Shown here: piece after piece, positions 20,272-29,538 of the stretch
Position numbering within the stretch: position 1 is the stretch's first letter
How the letters are laid out: each line of letters starts with the position of its first letter
Source of the DNA: Chloroflexota bacterium
GTDB taxonomy: Bacteria; Chloroflexota; Limnocylindria; Limnocylindrales; CSP1-4
Direction: 5' to 3'
Length of the DNA: 64,000 bases
Assembly (NCBI GenBank): GCA_046328155.1
Contig: JAXLXC010000002.1
Location: 63,129 to 127,128, forward strand
The notes under the pieces: generated by a model
What the model was told of the DNA's origin: nothing
Database searches by the model: none
What the model saw: only the letters and a program-made list of their open reading frames with translations
Translations under genes and position numbers: made by a program

Positions 20272-21345
20272 ATGTCGCTCCCAACCCTCGACCCGACCGT
20301 CGCGGCGGCGCTCGCCCAGGGTGTCGTCATCCCCGCGCACCCGCTCGCGCTGACCGCCGAGCGACGCCTCGACGAGCGACGCCAGCGGGCGCTCACCCGC
20401 TACTACCTCGCCGCGGGGGCGGGCGGCATCGCCGTCGCGGTGCACACCACCCAGTTCGCCATCCGCGACGCCTCCGTGGGGCTGCTGCGCCCGTCCTGGA
20501 GCTGGCGGCCACCACCGTGGACGAGCACCGGCGGGCCGGTGGCAGCGTCGCTGGCCAGCCGATCGTCCGCGTCGCGGGGTCATGGGTCGCACCGACCAGG
20601 CGGTCGCGGAGGCGTCGCTCGCCCGCGACCTGGGCTATCACCTGGCGCTGCTCCAGCTGGGTGCGTTCCCCGACGCCTCGGACGACGAGCTGATCGGGCA
20701 CTGCGCCACGGTGGCCGCGGTGCTGCCCCTGTTCGGCTTCTACCTCCAGCCGGCCGTGGGCGGCCGACGCACGACCGCGACTTCTGGCGACGCTTCGCGG
20801 CATCGAGCGTCGCGGCCATCAAGGTCGCGCCGTTCGACCGGTACGCGACGCTGGACGTCATCGCGGGCGTGGCCTCGTCGGGTCGGGCTGGGCAGGTCGC
20901 CCTGTACACCGGCAACGACGACAACATCGTGCTCGACCTCCTCACGCGCGTCCCGGTCCCGGGCATCGATGGCGAGCTGCGCATCGTGGGTGGCCTGCTG
21001 GGGCACTGGGCCGTCTGGACGAGCCGTGCCGTCCAGATGCTGGGTCGCGTCCACGCGCTCGTGGCCGACGGCGGCGCGGTGCCGCCCGCCTTGCTCGACC
21101 TCGCCGTCCGGACGACGACGGCCAACGCGGCGCTGTTCGACCCGGCCCACGGCTTCGCTGGATCGATCGCGGGCATCCACGAGGTCCTCCGGCGCCAGGG
21201 GCTGCTCGCGGGCCGCTGGTGCCTCGACCCACGGGAGGACCTGTCGCCGGGGCAGGCCCAGGCCATCGACCGGGTCATCGAGGCGTGGCCCGACCTGACC
21301 GACGACGCGTTCGTGGCGGAGCATCTGGACGACTGGCTGCGCTGA
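20272..21345 (+). pseudogene. dihydrodipicolinate-synthase-family (DapA-like) gene with three frameshifts
   Basis: MSLPTLDPTVAAALAQGVVIPAHPLALT...TTQFAIRDASVGLLRP is in frame 1. VLELAATTVDEH...VRVAG is in frame 0. MGRTDQAVAEASLARDLGYHLALL...YLQPAVGG is in frame 2. DRDFWRRFAA...IKVAPFDRYATL onward returns to frame 1. Junctions are about 20490, 20575 and 20765. Confidence 0.65.
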
Positions 21346-21357
21346 CGCGGGCGTGAC

Positions 21358-21384
21358 GCGACCCCGGCCATCAGCCGGGGTCGC
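21358..21384. terminator. GC-rich hairpin between convergent genes
   Basis: GCGACCCCGGC-CATCA-GCCGGGGTCGC, a perfect 11-bp stem, 13 nt after the DapA-like stop. Confidence 0.6.
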
Positions 21385-21403
21385 GCAGGGAGGAGGGAGG
21401 GAT

Positions 21404-21425
21404 CGGCCCGGACGCGACCGGGCCG
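21404..21425. terminator. second hairpin between convergent genes
   Basis: CGGCCCGG-ACGCGA-CCGGGCCG, an 8-bp stem 11 nt from the stop of the minus-strand gene at 21436. Confidence 0.5.
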
Positions 21426-21435
21426 CATCGATGGG

Positions 21436-22581
21436 TCAGGGCGCCGCGCTGGCGCTGGGCTGATCGCCCGGGCCACCTGCCTGGCCGCCGCCGAAGCCAC
21501 CCATGCCACCGGTCGGCAGCTCGGTGGTGGTCGTCCCGAACGCCGTGCCCGGGGTGTAGCCACCCAGCTCGTACACGCCGTCGGCCGAGGCGCTGGTGCT
21601 CGAGCCGCCCGTGTAGACGTCGTAGGTGACGCCGTCGGCGAGGTCGGGCGCGCTGTAGAGCAGGGTCTGGAAGTCGACCACGGGGGCGATGGTCAGGACC
21701 TCGGTGCCATCGGACTGGATGGACACGAGCGTGCCCGCCGCCTGCGTGCCGCCGAAGGAGACATACACCGACTCCTGGGTCGAGGAGTCGCCCGGCATCC
21801 CCATCATCGAGCCGGTCGCGACGAGCGTGCCGCCGGTGATGGTGATCTCGCCGTCGGCGTCGAGCCCGGAGTTGGCGTCGTCGAGGCCGCCATAGCTCAC
21901 GATGTCGCCGCCCGTGATGTGGATGGTGCCGTTGGAGTCGATGCCATCGCCGGTGTCGGTCTGGACGTACAGGCTGCCGCCCGAGATGGTGATGTCGGAG
22001 ACGCCGTCCTCGTTGGCGTTGAGGCCGTCCTCACCCGCCACGACCCGGACGATGCCACCCTCGACCACGATGTCGACGGTGCTGGAGATGCCCTCGTAGG
22101 TGGCGTCCACGACGAGCGTCCCCTCGCCACCCAGAGTCACCGTGGGCACGCTGTACAGCGCCGCGTCCTGCTCGCTCGCGCCGCCGTCCGTGAGGACGCT
22201 GGTGGTGCCGGCCGTGGTGAGCACGGTCACCTCGCTGGCGGCCTCGACATAGATGGCCGGACCATCGGCGTTGGTGATGGACGCGCCATCGAGCACCAAC
22301 GTGACCGCGGCATCGCCCGCATCCACGTGGAGCATGCCATCCGCGATCGTGCCGCTCACCTGATAGGTGCCGCCTGCCGTGATGTCGACGCCGTCGTCGG
22401 TGGCCGTCGCGCCCGTGCCGGTGATGGTGGTCGTCCCGCCGAGCACGATGGTCGCGGTGACATCGCCCGTGGTCGCCGCCGAGGCGTCCTGGGCGACGAC
22501 GCCGAGCGGCATCAGGGCGAGGGCCAGGGCTGCGATCGACCCCGTGGCCCCGAGCGTGAGTCGTGTGTTCCTGCTGCGCAT
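21436..22581 (-). CDS. secreted beta-helix protein (Cthe_2159-like carbohydrate-binding repeat family)
   Basis: GGAAGGAGG-N6-ATG at 22581. Signal peptide MRSRNTRLTLGATGSIAALALALMPLGVVAQDASA. Repeated xGGxxxIxGG turns (ITISGGSLYV, IHITGGDIV, ITITGGTLVA). Gly-rich tail. Confidence 0.6.
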   Translation of the reverse strand: MRSRNTRLTLGATGSIAALALALMPLGVVAQDASAATTGDVTATIVLGGTTTITGTGATATDDGVDITAGGTYQVSGTIADGMLHVDAGDAAVTLVLDGASITNADGPAIYVEAASEVTVLTTAGTTSVLTDGGASEQDAALYSVPTVTLGGEGTLVVDATYEGISSTVDIVVEGGIVRVVAGEDGLNANEDGVSDITISGGSLYVQTDTGDGIDSNGTIHITGGDIVSYGGLDDANSGLDADGEITITGGTLVATGSMMGMPGDSSTQESVYVSFGGTQAAGTLVSIQSDGTEVLTIAPVVDFQTLLYSAPDLADGVTYDVYTGGSSTSASADGVYELGGYTPGTAFGTTTTELPTGGMGGFGGGQAGGPGDQPSASAAP

Positions 22582-22757
22582 GACGCGCCTCCTTCCATCG
22601 CCGCGGGGCTGGTGCGGGTCCGCGGCGTCTGACCACACGCTCTGCCAGTTCCATGAGAGGCGCATGAGGTTCCACTGAGCCTGAGATCCGGCTGAGTGGT
22701 CCCCAGCGAAGCCGCGTCGCGCGCCCCGCCTGGCCACCGCCGGCGACGGGTTCGGCG

Positions 22758-23231
22758 TCAGGGCAGCGAGAGGCGGGACAGCAGCTGCGTGAGCGTCGAC
22801 AGCTCGGTCGCGCTCAGGCGGTCGAGGAGATGGCGTTCCAGGGCCCGGATGTGATGCGGCAGCGCGCGCTCGAGCTCCGCCGCGCCCCTGTGGGTCAGAT
22901 GCGCGTAGGCACCGCGCCGGTCAGCGTCGCAGTACACGCGCTCCACCCAGCCGTCCTCCACCAGGCGGTCCACCCGACGCGTCAGGCCGCTGCGGGTGAG
23001 GTGCGATCGGTCGGCCAGCTCGTGCATCCGCAGCCGATGCTCCGGCGCCAGCGACAGGGGGAGCAGCACCGCGACCGTGTCGGTCCCCACCACGGCGCAG
23101 TCGGCCGCCTCGGGGTCGAGGCGCGACTCCAGCGACGCGTGGGCGGCGGCCAACGCCTGCCACAGCAGCAGGGCGGGGCTGGCCACGGCGAGCGCGTCGC
23201 CGGGGGGGTCGGTCGCGACCGGGGAAGTCAT
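22758..23231 (-). CDS. MarR-family transcriptional regulator
   Basis: Start reassigned to MTSPVATD (ATG 23231). wHTH segment MHELADRSHLTRSGLTRRVDRLVEDGWVERV. Confidence 0.8.
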   Translation of the reverse strand: MTSPVATDPPGDALAVASPALLLWQALAAAHASLESRLDPEAADCAVVGTDTVAVLLPLSLAPEHRLRMHELADRSHLTRSGLTRRVDRLVEDGWVERVYCDADRRGAYAHLTHRGAAELERALPHHIRALERHLLDRLSATELSTLTQLLSRLSLP

Positions 23232-23259
23232 TGCGCCAGCAATCATCCCACGATCGATC
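23230..23259. promoter_or_regulatory. short palindromes in the MarR / MFS divergent region (weak operator candidates)
   Basis: ATTGC-N4-GCAAT at 23230-23243 overlaps the MarR start. GATCGATC lies at 23252-23259. Arms are short. Confidence 0.25.
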
Positions 23260-23295
23260 CGACGTGTCCCGCGCGTCGTCGCCCGAGCGCCCAAG

Positions 23296-24579
23296 ATGGG
23301 CGTCATGGCTCGCGCTCCGGTGGCCCCATCGCCGTCAGGCTCGACCGACCGGCTGGGGCCCGACTTCTGGAAGGTCCTCGGCTCGTCGGGGGCATCGAAC
23401 CTGGCCGACGGCATCTTCCAGGTCGCCCTGCCACTCATCGCGGCGAGCCTGTCCGACTCGCCGCTCGTGGTGGCAGGCGTGCCCATCGCGGGACGGCTGC
23501 CATGGCTGGTGTTCGTGCTGTTCGCGGGCGCCATCGCGGACCGGGTCGACCGGTTGCGCACGATGCGCAACGTGCAGCTGGCCCGGGTCCTGATCCTGGG
23601 CCTCATGACCCTGCTCGCGATGGGTGGCCAGCTTGGCATCCCGGTGCTGTACGTGGTCGCCTTCGCGCTGGGGGTCGGCGAGACGCTGTTCGACACCTCC
23701 GCGCAGTCGCTGGTGCCCAACATCGTGCGACCGGCGCAGCTCAGCCTCGCCAACGGCCGTCTGTATGCCGTCGAGCTGGCCATGAACCAGTTCGTGGGGC
23801 CCCCGCTGGGTGGCGTCCTGGTGGGCATCGGCATCCCGGTCGCGCTCGGCGGGTCGGTCGTGGGCTATGCCCTCGCCGCCCTGGGCCTCGCGCTCATCGC
23901 GGGCTCGTTCCGTGCCAAGCGGGTCGGCCCGCCGACCAGCGTCCTGCGGGACATCGCCGAGGGCTGGCGGTTCGTGGTCGGCCATCGGCTGCTGCGCACG
24001 CTGGCCATCATGGTCGGCGTCATGAACCTGGCCAGCAACGCGGTCTGGGCGGTGTTCGTGCTGTACGCCATCAGCCCGGGCCCCATGGGCCTCTCCGATG
24101 CCGGCTTCGGGATCCTCATGACGACGCTCGCGCTGGGCAGCGTCATCGCGTCGCTGCTCACCCCACGGCTGGAGGCACGCTTCGGGCCCGGACGCGTGGT
24201 GTGGGCCTCGGTGGTCATCAACTGCGTGAGCCTGGGCATCCCGGCCATCACCTCGAACGTGCTCGTGGTGGGCGCGTCGTTCGTGGCGGCGGGCTTCGGC
24301 GCGGTGTCCTGGAACATCATCACGGTCTCGTTCCGCCAGCGAATCACGCCCGATGCCCTGCTGGGCCGGATGAACGCGACCTACCGTCTGTTCGCCTGGG
24401 GCACGCAGCCCGTGGGGGCGCTCCTGGGCGGCATCGTGGCCGAGCTGTTCGGGCTCGAGTCCGTGTTCGTCCTGGGTGCGGTCCTCATCGCGGTGCTCGT
24501 CCTGGCGCGGGGGATCGTCACCGACGAGGCCCTGCGGGCCACGGACCTGCGCACGGCCGAGGCGAACACTCTCGCCTGA
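23296..24579 (+). CDS. MFS transporter
   Basis: Start MGVMARAP (ATG 23296). About 12 hydrophobic segments. GRLPWLVFVLFAGAIADRVDR loop motif. Divergent from the MarR gene. Confidence 0.8.
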   Translation: MGVMARAPVAPSPSGSTDRLGPDFWKVLGSSGASNLADGIFQVALPLIAASLSDSPLVVAGVPIAGRLPWLVFVLFAGAIADRVDRLRTMRNVQLARVLILGLMTLLAMGGQLGIPVLYVVAFALGVGETLFDTSAQSLVPNIVRPAQLSLANGRLYAVELAMNQFVGPPLGGVLVGIGIPVALGGSVVGYALAALGLALIAGSFRAKRVGPPTSVLRDIAEGWRFVVGHRLLRTLAIMVGVMNLASNAVWAVFVLYAISPGPMGLSDAGFGILMTTLALGSVIASLLTPRLEARFGPGRVVWASVVINCVSLGIPAITSNVLVVGASFVAAGFGAVSWNIITVSFRQRITPDALLGRMNATYRLFAWGTQPVGALLGGIVAELFGLESVFVLGAVLIAVLVLARGIVTDEALRATDLRTAEANTLA

Positions 24580-24609
24580 GGGTGGCCTCGGGCCCGAGGG
24601 TGCCTCAGG
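24575..24609. terminator. 35-nt imperfect palindrome spanning both convergent stop codons
   Basis: CCTGAGG...CCTCGGGCCCGAGG...CCTCAGG. The outer 7-bp arms contain the MFS TGA (24577-79) and the TerC stop (24605-07). Confidence 0.45.
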
Positions 24610-25393
24610 GAGCGTCAGGCGCGCCGGCCGCAGGTCCGATCCCCTCGACCTGCTCCATGTACGGGTCGCGCAGCTGGACGGGCGCCTCGTGCCGCTTGCG
24701 CGATGACCGGATGTTGAGGAACTCCACCAGGACGCTGAAGCCCATCGCGAAGTAGATGTAGCCCTTCTCGATGTGCTGGCCGAGCCCCTCGGCGACCAGC
24801 ACCACGCCGATGAGCAGCAGGAACGACAGGGCCAGCATCTTGAGGCTGGGGTGACGCTCGATGAGCTCGCTCACGGGCCCGGACGCGACCAGCATCACGA
24901 GCACGGCGATGACCACCGCCGCGATCATCACCGGCAGCTGGTTGGACATGCCCACCGCGGTGATCACCGAGTCCAGCGAGAACACGATGTCCAGCAGCAT
25001 GATCTGCACGATGACGGCCGCGAAGGAGCCGGCTGCCTTGACCTCGCCGGCGTGCTCCTCGCCCTCGAGGCGGCCGTGGATCTCCCACGTGGCCTTCGCC
25101 AGCAGGAACAGGCCGCCGCCGAGGAGGATGAGGTCGCGTCCCGAGACGTCCCGACCGGCGACGCTGAACAGCGGCTCGGTGAGGCCCACGACCCAGCCGA
25201 TGGCGAGCAGCAGCAGGATGCGCATGCCCATCGCGGCCATGAGGCCCACCTGGCGCGCCCGTGCCCGCTGGGCGACGGGCAGCTTCCCCGCCAGGATCGA
25301 GATGAACACGATGTTGTCGATGCCCAGCACGATCTCGAGGGTCGTCAGGGTGATGAGGGCGATCCAGGCATCCGGGTCGGTGAGCAGCTCCAC
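24605..25393 (-). CDS. TerC-family integral membrane protein
   Basis: GTG start. TLTTLEIVLGIDNIVFISI and LLDIVFSLDSVITAVGM motifs. Confidence 0.85.
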   Translation of the reverse strand: MELLTDPDAWIALITLTTLEIVLGIDNIVFISILAGKLPVAQRARARQVGLMAAMGMRILLLLAIGWVVGLTEPLFSVAGRDVSGRDLILLGGGLFLLAKATWEIHGRLEGEEHAGEVKAAGSFAAVIVQIMLLDIVFSLDSVITAVGMSNQLPVMIAAVVIAVLVMLVASGPVSELIERHPSLKMLALSFLLLIGVVLVAEGLGQHIEKGYIYFAMGFSVLVEFLNIRSSRKRHEAPVQLRDPYMEQVEGIGPAAGAPDAP

Positions 25394-25895
25394 GATGTCC
25401 TCAAGCGGTGCGGGTGGCCGTACGGTACCCGAGGCGGTGACCCGCCCATGGTCCGAGGCCGCGCGGCTGGGCCCGCGCCCCGCCGTGTGCCTTCCGCCAG
25501 ACGCCCGGCGTGGCGGGACGCATGCACTTCCGCCGCGTTGCTGCGCTCATGCGTCAGGCCGACCCACGCTCGGCTCCCACGTGGCTAACCGCCATGCCAC
25601 CCAGGTGGGCACGCGTATGGCGCCGGCCAAGGCAGGGGCACCCGCATGAGCCCCGCCGTGGCGGGGGTGTGGTGGTTCGCTCGGCCCACGACTCGTCGCG
25701 AGCGCGATCCGCGACACGTAAGGCGGTCCGGTGCCCGCCCCGCCCGTCCCGCGCCGCCACGACCCCGGCTGGTGCGAACCGAACGATCGTGCGAAGATAC
25801 TGGTGAGGTATCAGGCCTCGGAACCGGTCCACCGTGGTGGGCCTCCCGCCGATGGCATCCCAGCAATCCACAATCCCAGCGAAGGAGTGACGCGC

Positions 25896-26114
25896 TTGCC
25901 TAGGGCAGACATGATCGAGGTGGAGGGTGTGGTCTCGGAGGCCCTCCCCAACGCGATGTTCGGGATCACCCTCCAGAACGACCACAAGATCCTCGCCACC
26001 CTCGGTGGCAAGCTCCGGGTCAACTACATCAAGGTGCTCCCGGGTGACCGGGTCAAGGTCGAGCTCTCGCCGTACGACCTGACTCGCGGTCGCATCACCT
26101 ACCGCATGAAGTAG
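25896..26114 (+). CDS. infA: translation initiation factor IF-1
   Basis: GAAGGAG-N8-TTG at 25896. 72 aa: [71 protein letters not shown]. Confidence 0.9.
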   Translation: MPRADMIEVEGVVSEALPNAMFGITLQNDHKILATLGGKLRVNYIKVLPGDRVKVELSPYDLTRGRITYRMK

Positions 26115-26129
26115 GTCCCACCCAGGTCG

Positions 26130-26157
26130 GGCGCCGCGCACGGCAGGTCGCGGCGCC
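26130..26157 (+). terminator. hairpin downstream of infA
   Basis: GGCGCCGCG-N10-CGCGGCGCC, a 9-bp perfect stem 15 nt after the infA stop. Confidence 0.55.
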
Positions 26158-26187
26158 ACGGGTCGGTCGCCAGCGACGCGGGTCCCA

Positions 26188-26942
26188 TCAGCCCGCGCGG
26201 TCGACCGCAGCCCGACTCCCAGCGTCGCGGACCAGCGGCTCGGGGTCGGCGACCACGATGCCCAGGTTCCGTGCGAGCGCCGGTGCGAGCTCGATGAGCT
26301 GGCCCGTGTCGATGGTGGCACCGCGGAGCCCCTCCAGCCCGTTCACGTGACCGATGCTCGTGGTCCGCAGGTCCACGTGGGTGCAGGTCGTGCCCGAGAC
26401 CTCGAGCGTGCCGATCCGGCATCGCTGGAACGCGATCCGTCGGAGCGTGGCGCCGGCGAGGTCGAGCGTGGCGACCACGCAGTCCTCCAGGAGCACGTCG
26501 GTCCATCGCGCGCCCCGCGCGTTGAGGTCGTCCACCTTGCTCGCCCGTAGCGCCACGGACACGAGGTCGGTGTCGAACAGCTCCGCGGAGCCGATGCGCA
26601 TGCGCTCGAGACGGACTCCACGCCACGCGCTCCGCGATGCCGGGAGCGCGGTCGCGAAGCCATCCTGGACGTGACTGTCGACGACCCGAGCCGACCGCAG
26701 GATGGCGTCGAGAGTGCCGCCGACCGGACGTCGCAATCGGTCAGCGTGACGGCCGTCAGGTCGCGCCCGGTGAGGTCCGCGCCGACCCACGACTCCCCGG
26801 TGCGCTCGTCGTGCGGACCCAGCGTGGTCGGGTCGCCCACGCCCAGCACCCGCGGCTCGGGTAGCACGAGCCGAGGCCGCGTGCGCTCGTCAGCTGGTTG
26901 CGCCGCTCCGATGGCGCCTCGGGTCCGACCCATGGCATCCAT
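26188..26942 (-). pseudogene. pentapeptide-repeat protein (MfpA/Qnr-like) with one frameshift
   Basis: The N-terminus (...ESWVGADLTGRDLTAVTLTDCDV) lies in the frame of ORF 26343..27857. The body (ARWTDVLLEDCVVATLDLAGATLRRIAFQRCRIGTLEVSG...GLRGATIDTGQLIELAPAL) lies in ORF 26188..26790. The junction is about 26715-26725. The start is uncertain. Confidence 0.55.
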
Positions 26943-26949
26943 CTTGACC

Positions 26950-27966
26950 GACTGCGGTTGGGGCATGCATGCGCGGCCGAGGGTCCTCCCAGGTCGGGAT
27001 CGCCGCACGCCGTGCGAGCCCCGGGTGCCAGCAGCTCTCGTGCCGCGGTCCCGTCGGTGATGAGCATCCGCACGATCCCGGTCGCGAGGGCACCCGCGAT
27101 GGCGCGCGCCTTGCGCGCACCTCCCGCCACCGCGACCACCCGGGGGACGCGTCTCGGCTGCTCGGGGGTCATGGCGATGGCGCGGTCGCTCAGGGGATCG
27201 GGGATGAACCGTCCTCGGGCGTCGAAGGCATGCACCAGTAGGTCGCCCAGCGCACCTGACCGCCGGAGCCGTCTGACGTCCTCCGGCGACAGCAGCTCGG
27301 ATCGCACGAGCGCGGAGCCGTCGCGGGACCCGCTCAGCTCGCCGATGCCCACGATGGCCAAGGTGACCGCGCCGAACAGGTCGGTGGTTCGACTGATCTC
27401 CGACTCGCCCAGGAGCACGGCACGCACCTCGGCGGACGCGACGAACGCGGGCGCGTACAGCGGATGGCACGTCGCACCCAGCCGGTCGGCGAGGACCCGG
27501 GCCAGCTCGCCGGGATCGTGGGGTTGGGCCACTCGAGGCGGAGCTGCCCGCCAACTGCACGACGCTGATGCCCGGTGCCACGCGTGCCGGGATCTCGGCC
27601 ACGGTGGCCGCCACCGTGGACCCCCACGCGATGCCGATGGTCTCCGTGGGGGTGATGAGCTCCTGGAGCACCGAGCCAGCCAACCTGCCCACGCTGCTCA
27701 CCGGGTCGTCGTTCGGCCCGTCGCTGGCGACGATGCACAGGTCGAGGCCCCATGCCTCCTCGATGGCGCGTGCCGTCTCCCGGTCCCGGGCCGGGATGTC
27801 CCGCAGCTCGATCCGCACCAGACCCTGCTGACGCGCCTGCTCCAGGAGGCGTGCCACACGGAACCTCGAGATGCCCAGCCGATGCGCGATGCTGGACCCG
27901 GGTCATCTCTCGATCGTGGAACAGGCGTGCGACCTGGCTCGCCAGCGCCGTGTCGTCGGGGGCCAC
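26950..27966 (-). pseudogene. SorC/DeoR-type sugar-binding transcriptional regulator, at least two frameshifts
   Basis: MAPDDTALASQVARLFHDREMTRVQ (frame a). IAHRLGISRFRVARLLEQARQQGLVRIEL...VVQLAGS (frame b). HDPGELARVLADRLGATCHPLYAPAFVASAEVR...VAVAGGARKARAIAGAL (frame c). Junctions are about 27895 and 27530. The 3' end is not definable. Confidence 0.6.
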
Positions 27967-28073
27967 GGCGCCAGCATAGGCCTCACCGCTCAGATGAGCA
28001 AGGGTCGCTCATCTGATTGACAGCACCGATACCCACGCCTATCCTCGACGAGGCCCACGGAGAGAGGAGCGGG

Positions 28074-29538
28074 ATGCCCGAGTTCGTCGTCGGCGTGGAC
28101 GTCGGCACGACCACCGTCAAGTGCGCAGCCTTCGCCCTGCCGACGCTCGATGTGCCGGTGGCGCTCAGCCGGCGCCCCTCCGTGGCACCAGGCTCCCCGC
28201 CCCGGCTGGTCGGAGGCGGACCCGGACGCCGTGGCGGAGGCCGCCTTCGGGACCGTCCGCGAGGTCGTGGAGCAGGTGGGTGCCGACCACGTCGTCGCCA
28301 TCGGCGTGAGTGGCACCGCGTGCGGCGCGTGGCTGCTGGACCGCGCCGGCGACCCGGTCGGACCCGCCATCCTGTGGAACGACGGGCGTGCCGCGGCGGT
28401 CACCGCGAGCTGGCACGCCACGGGCGTCGCGGGGCGGATCTTCGACATCAGCGGGAACGCGCCGTTCCCGGGCTACACCCTGAGCGTGCTCTCGTGGCTT
28501 GCCACGAACGAGGCGGACCGGCTCCGGGCGGCGGCCAGCGTGGTGTGCTGCAAGGACTTCCTGCGTCACCGGCTGACGGGCATCGTCGCCTCCGACGAGA
28601 GCGATGCCTCGTACGTGCCGATGGACATGCGGGCCCGCACGTGGAGCGACGAGCTCCTGGAGCTGACGGGAACCAGCGCGTGGCGGTCCCTCCTGCCGGA
28701 GCTCCTCGACCCGCGCACGACCCAGCCGCTGCTGCACGAGCCCGCGCGCCTGACCGGGCTGCGCGCGGGGACCCCGGTCGCGGTGGGCGCCACGGACATC
28801 GTGGCGGGCCTCGTCGGGGCCGGTGCCACCCGCCCCGGCGACACGGTCAGCATCCTGGGCACGAGCGCCAACTCCACGGTGATCTCGGACGCCCTGCCGC
28901 TGGAGCCGCGAGGCATCGGGATCATGGCGGCCAGCCCGCTCGGGCGATACGCCAGGTCGCTCATCAACACGTCGGGCTCCGAGACCCTCGACTGGGGCGC
29001 GCCTGCTCACCGACGGGGACGTGGGCAGACTCATGGCGCTGGCAGGGCAGGCGCCTGCGGGTGCCGACGGGGTGATCCTGTGCCGTACCTGAGCCCCGCC
29101 GGGACGGTCTCGCCGACCTATGACCCCATGGCCACGGGCGGTCTCGCAGGGCTGCGATCGCATCATGGCCCGGCGCACGTCGCGCGCGCCGTCGTGGAGG
29201 GGCTGGCCCTCGCGGTGGCAGACTGCTACGACCACATGGCGCTCCCCGTCGACCGAATCCGAGCAGTGGGTGGCGCGGCGCGCTCGGACCTCCTGCTCCA
29301 GGCGCTGGCGGACCTGACGGGCCACCCCGTCGACCGGATGGCCATGGAGGAGTCCGGGGCCCGTGGCGTGGCGGTCCTCGCGGCGTGGGCGGTGGGCGCG
29401 ACGGATGATCTCGATGGCCTGGCCGCGCACGCGGACGTCGCGCACCGGTTCGAGCCTCGCGCCGATGGCCCCTTGGCGGGTGCGCTCGCCCGATATCAGG
29501 ACCTCGCCAGGTCCCGGGTCGGAGGCACCGCCCGATGA
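28074..29538 (+). pseudogene. FGGY-family carbohydrate kinase (xylulokinase-like), at least three frameshifts
   Basis: MPEFVVGVDVGTTTVKCAAF is in one frame, and PGWSEADPDAV...ILWNDGRAA...GATDIVAGLVGAG...ILGTSAN is in another. A short third-frame piece (LLTDGDVGRLMALAGQAPAGADGVIL) sits around 29000-29080, followed by PYLSPAG...VGGAARSDLLLQALADLTG. Length is 3n+1. Confidence 0.65.

Noticed and set aside
19217-21345. Programmed ribosomal frameshifting as the explanation for the frame switches
   Set aside because: There are too many junctions per gene. The shifts go in both directions. I saw no slippery heptamer followed by a structure at the junctions, which instead sit in G/C runs.
25394-25560. 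Expected yybP-ykoY (manganese) riboswitch upstream of the TerC gene
   Set aside because: I read the TerC-strand leader and found neither the GGGGAGUAG core nor the paired conserved 3' half. It cannot be called from sequence alone.
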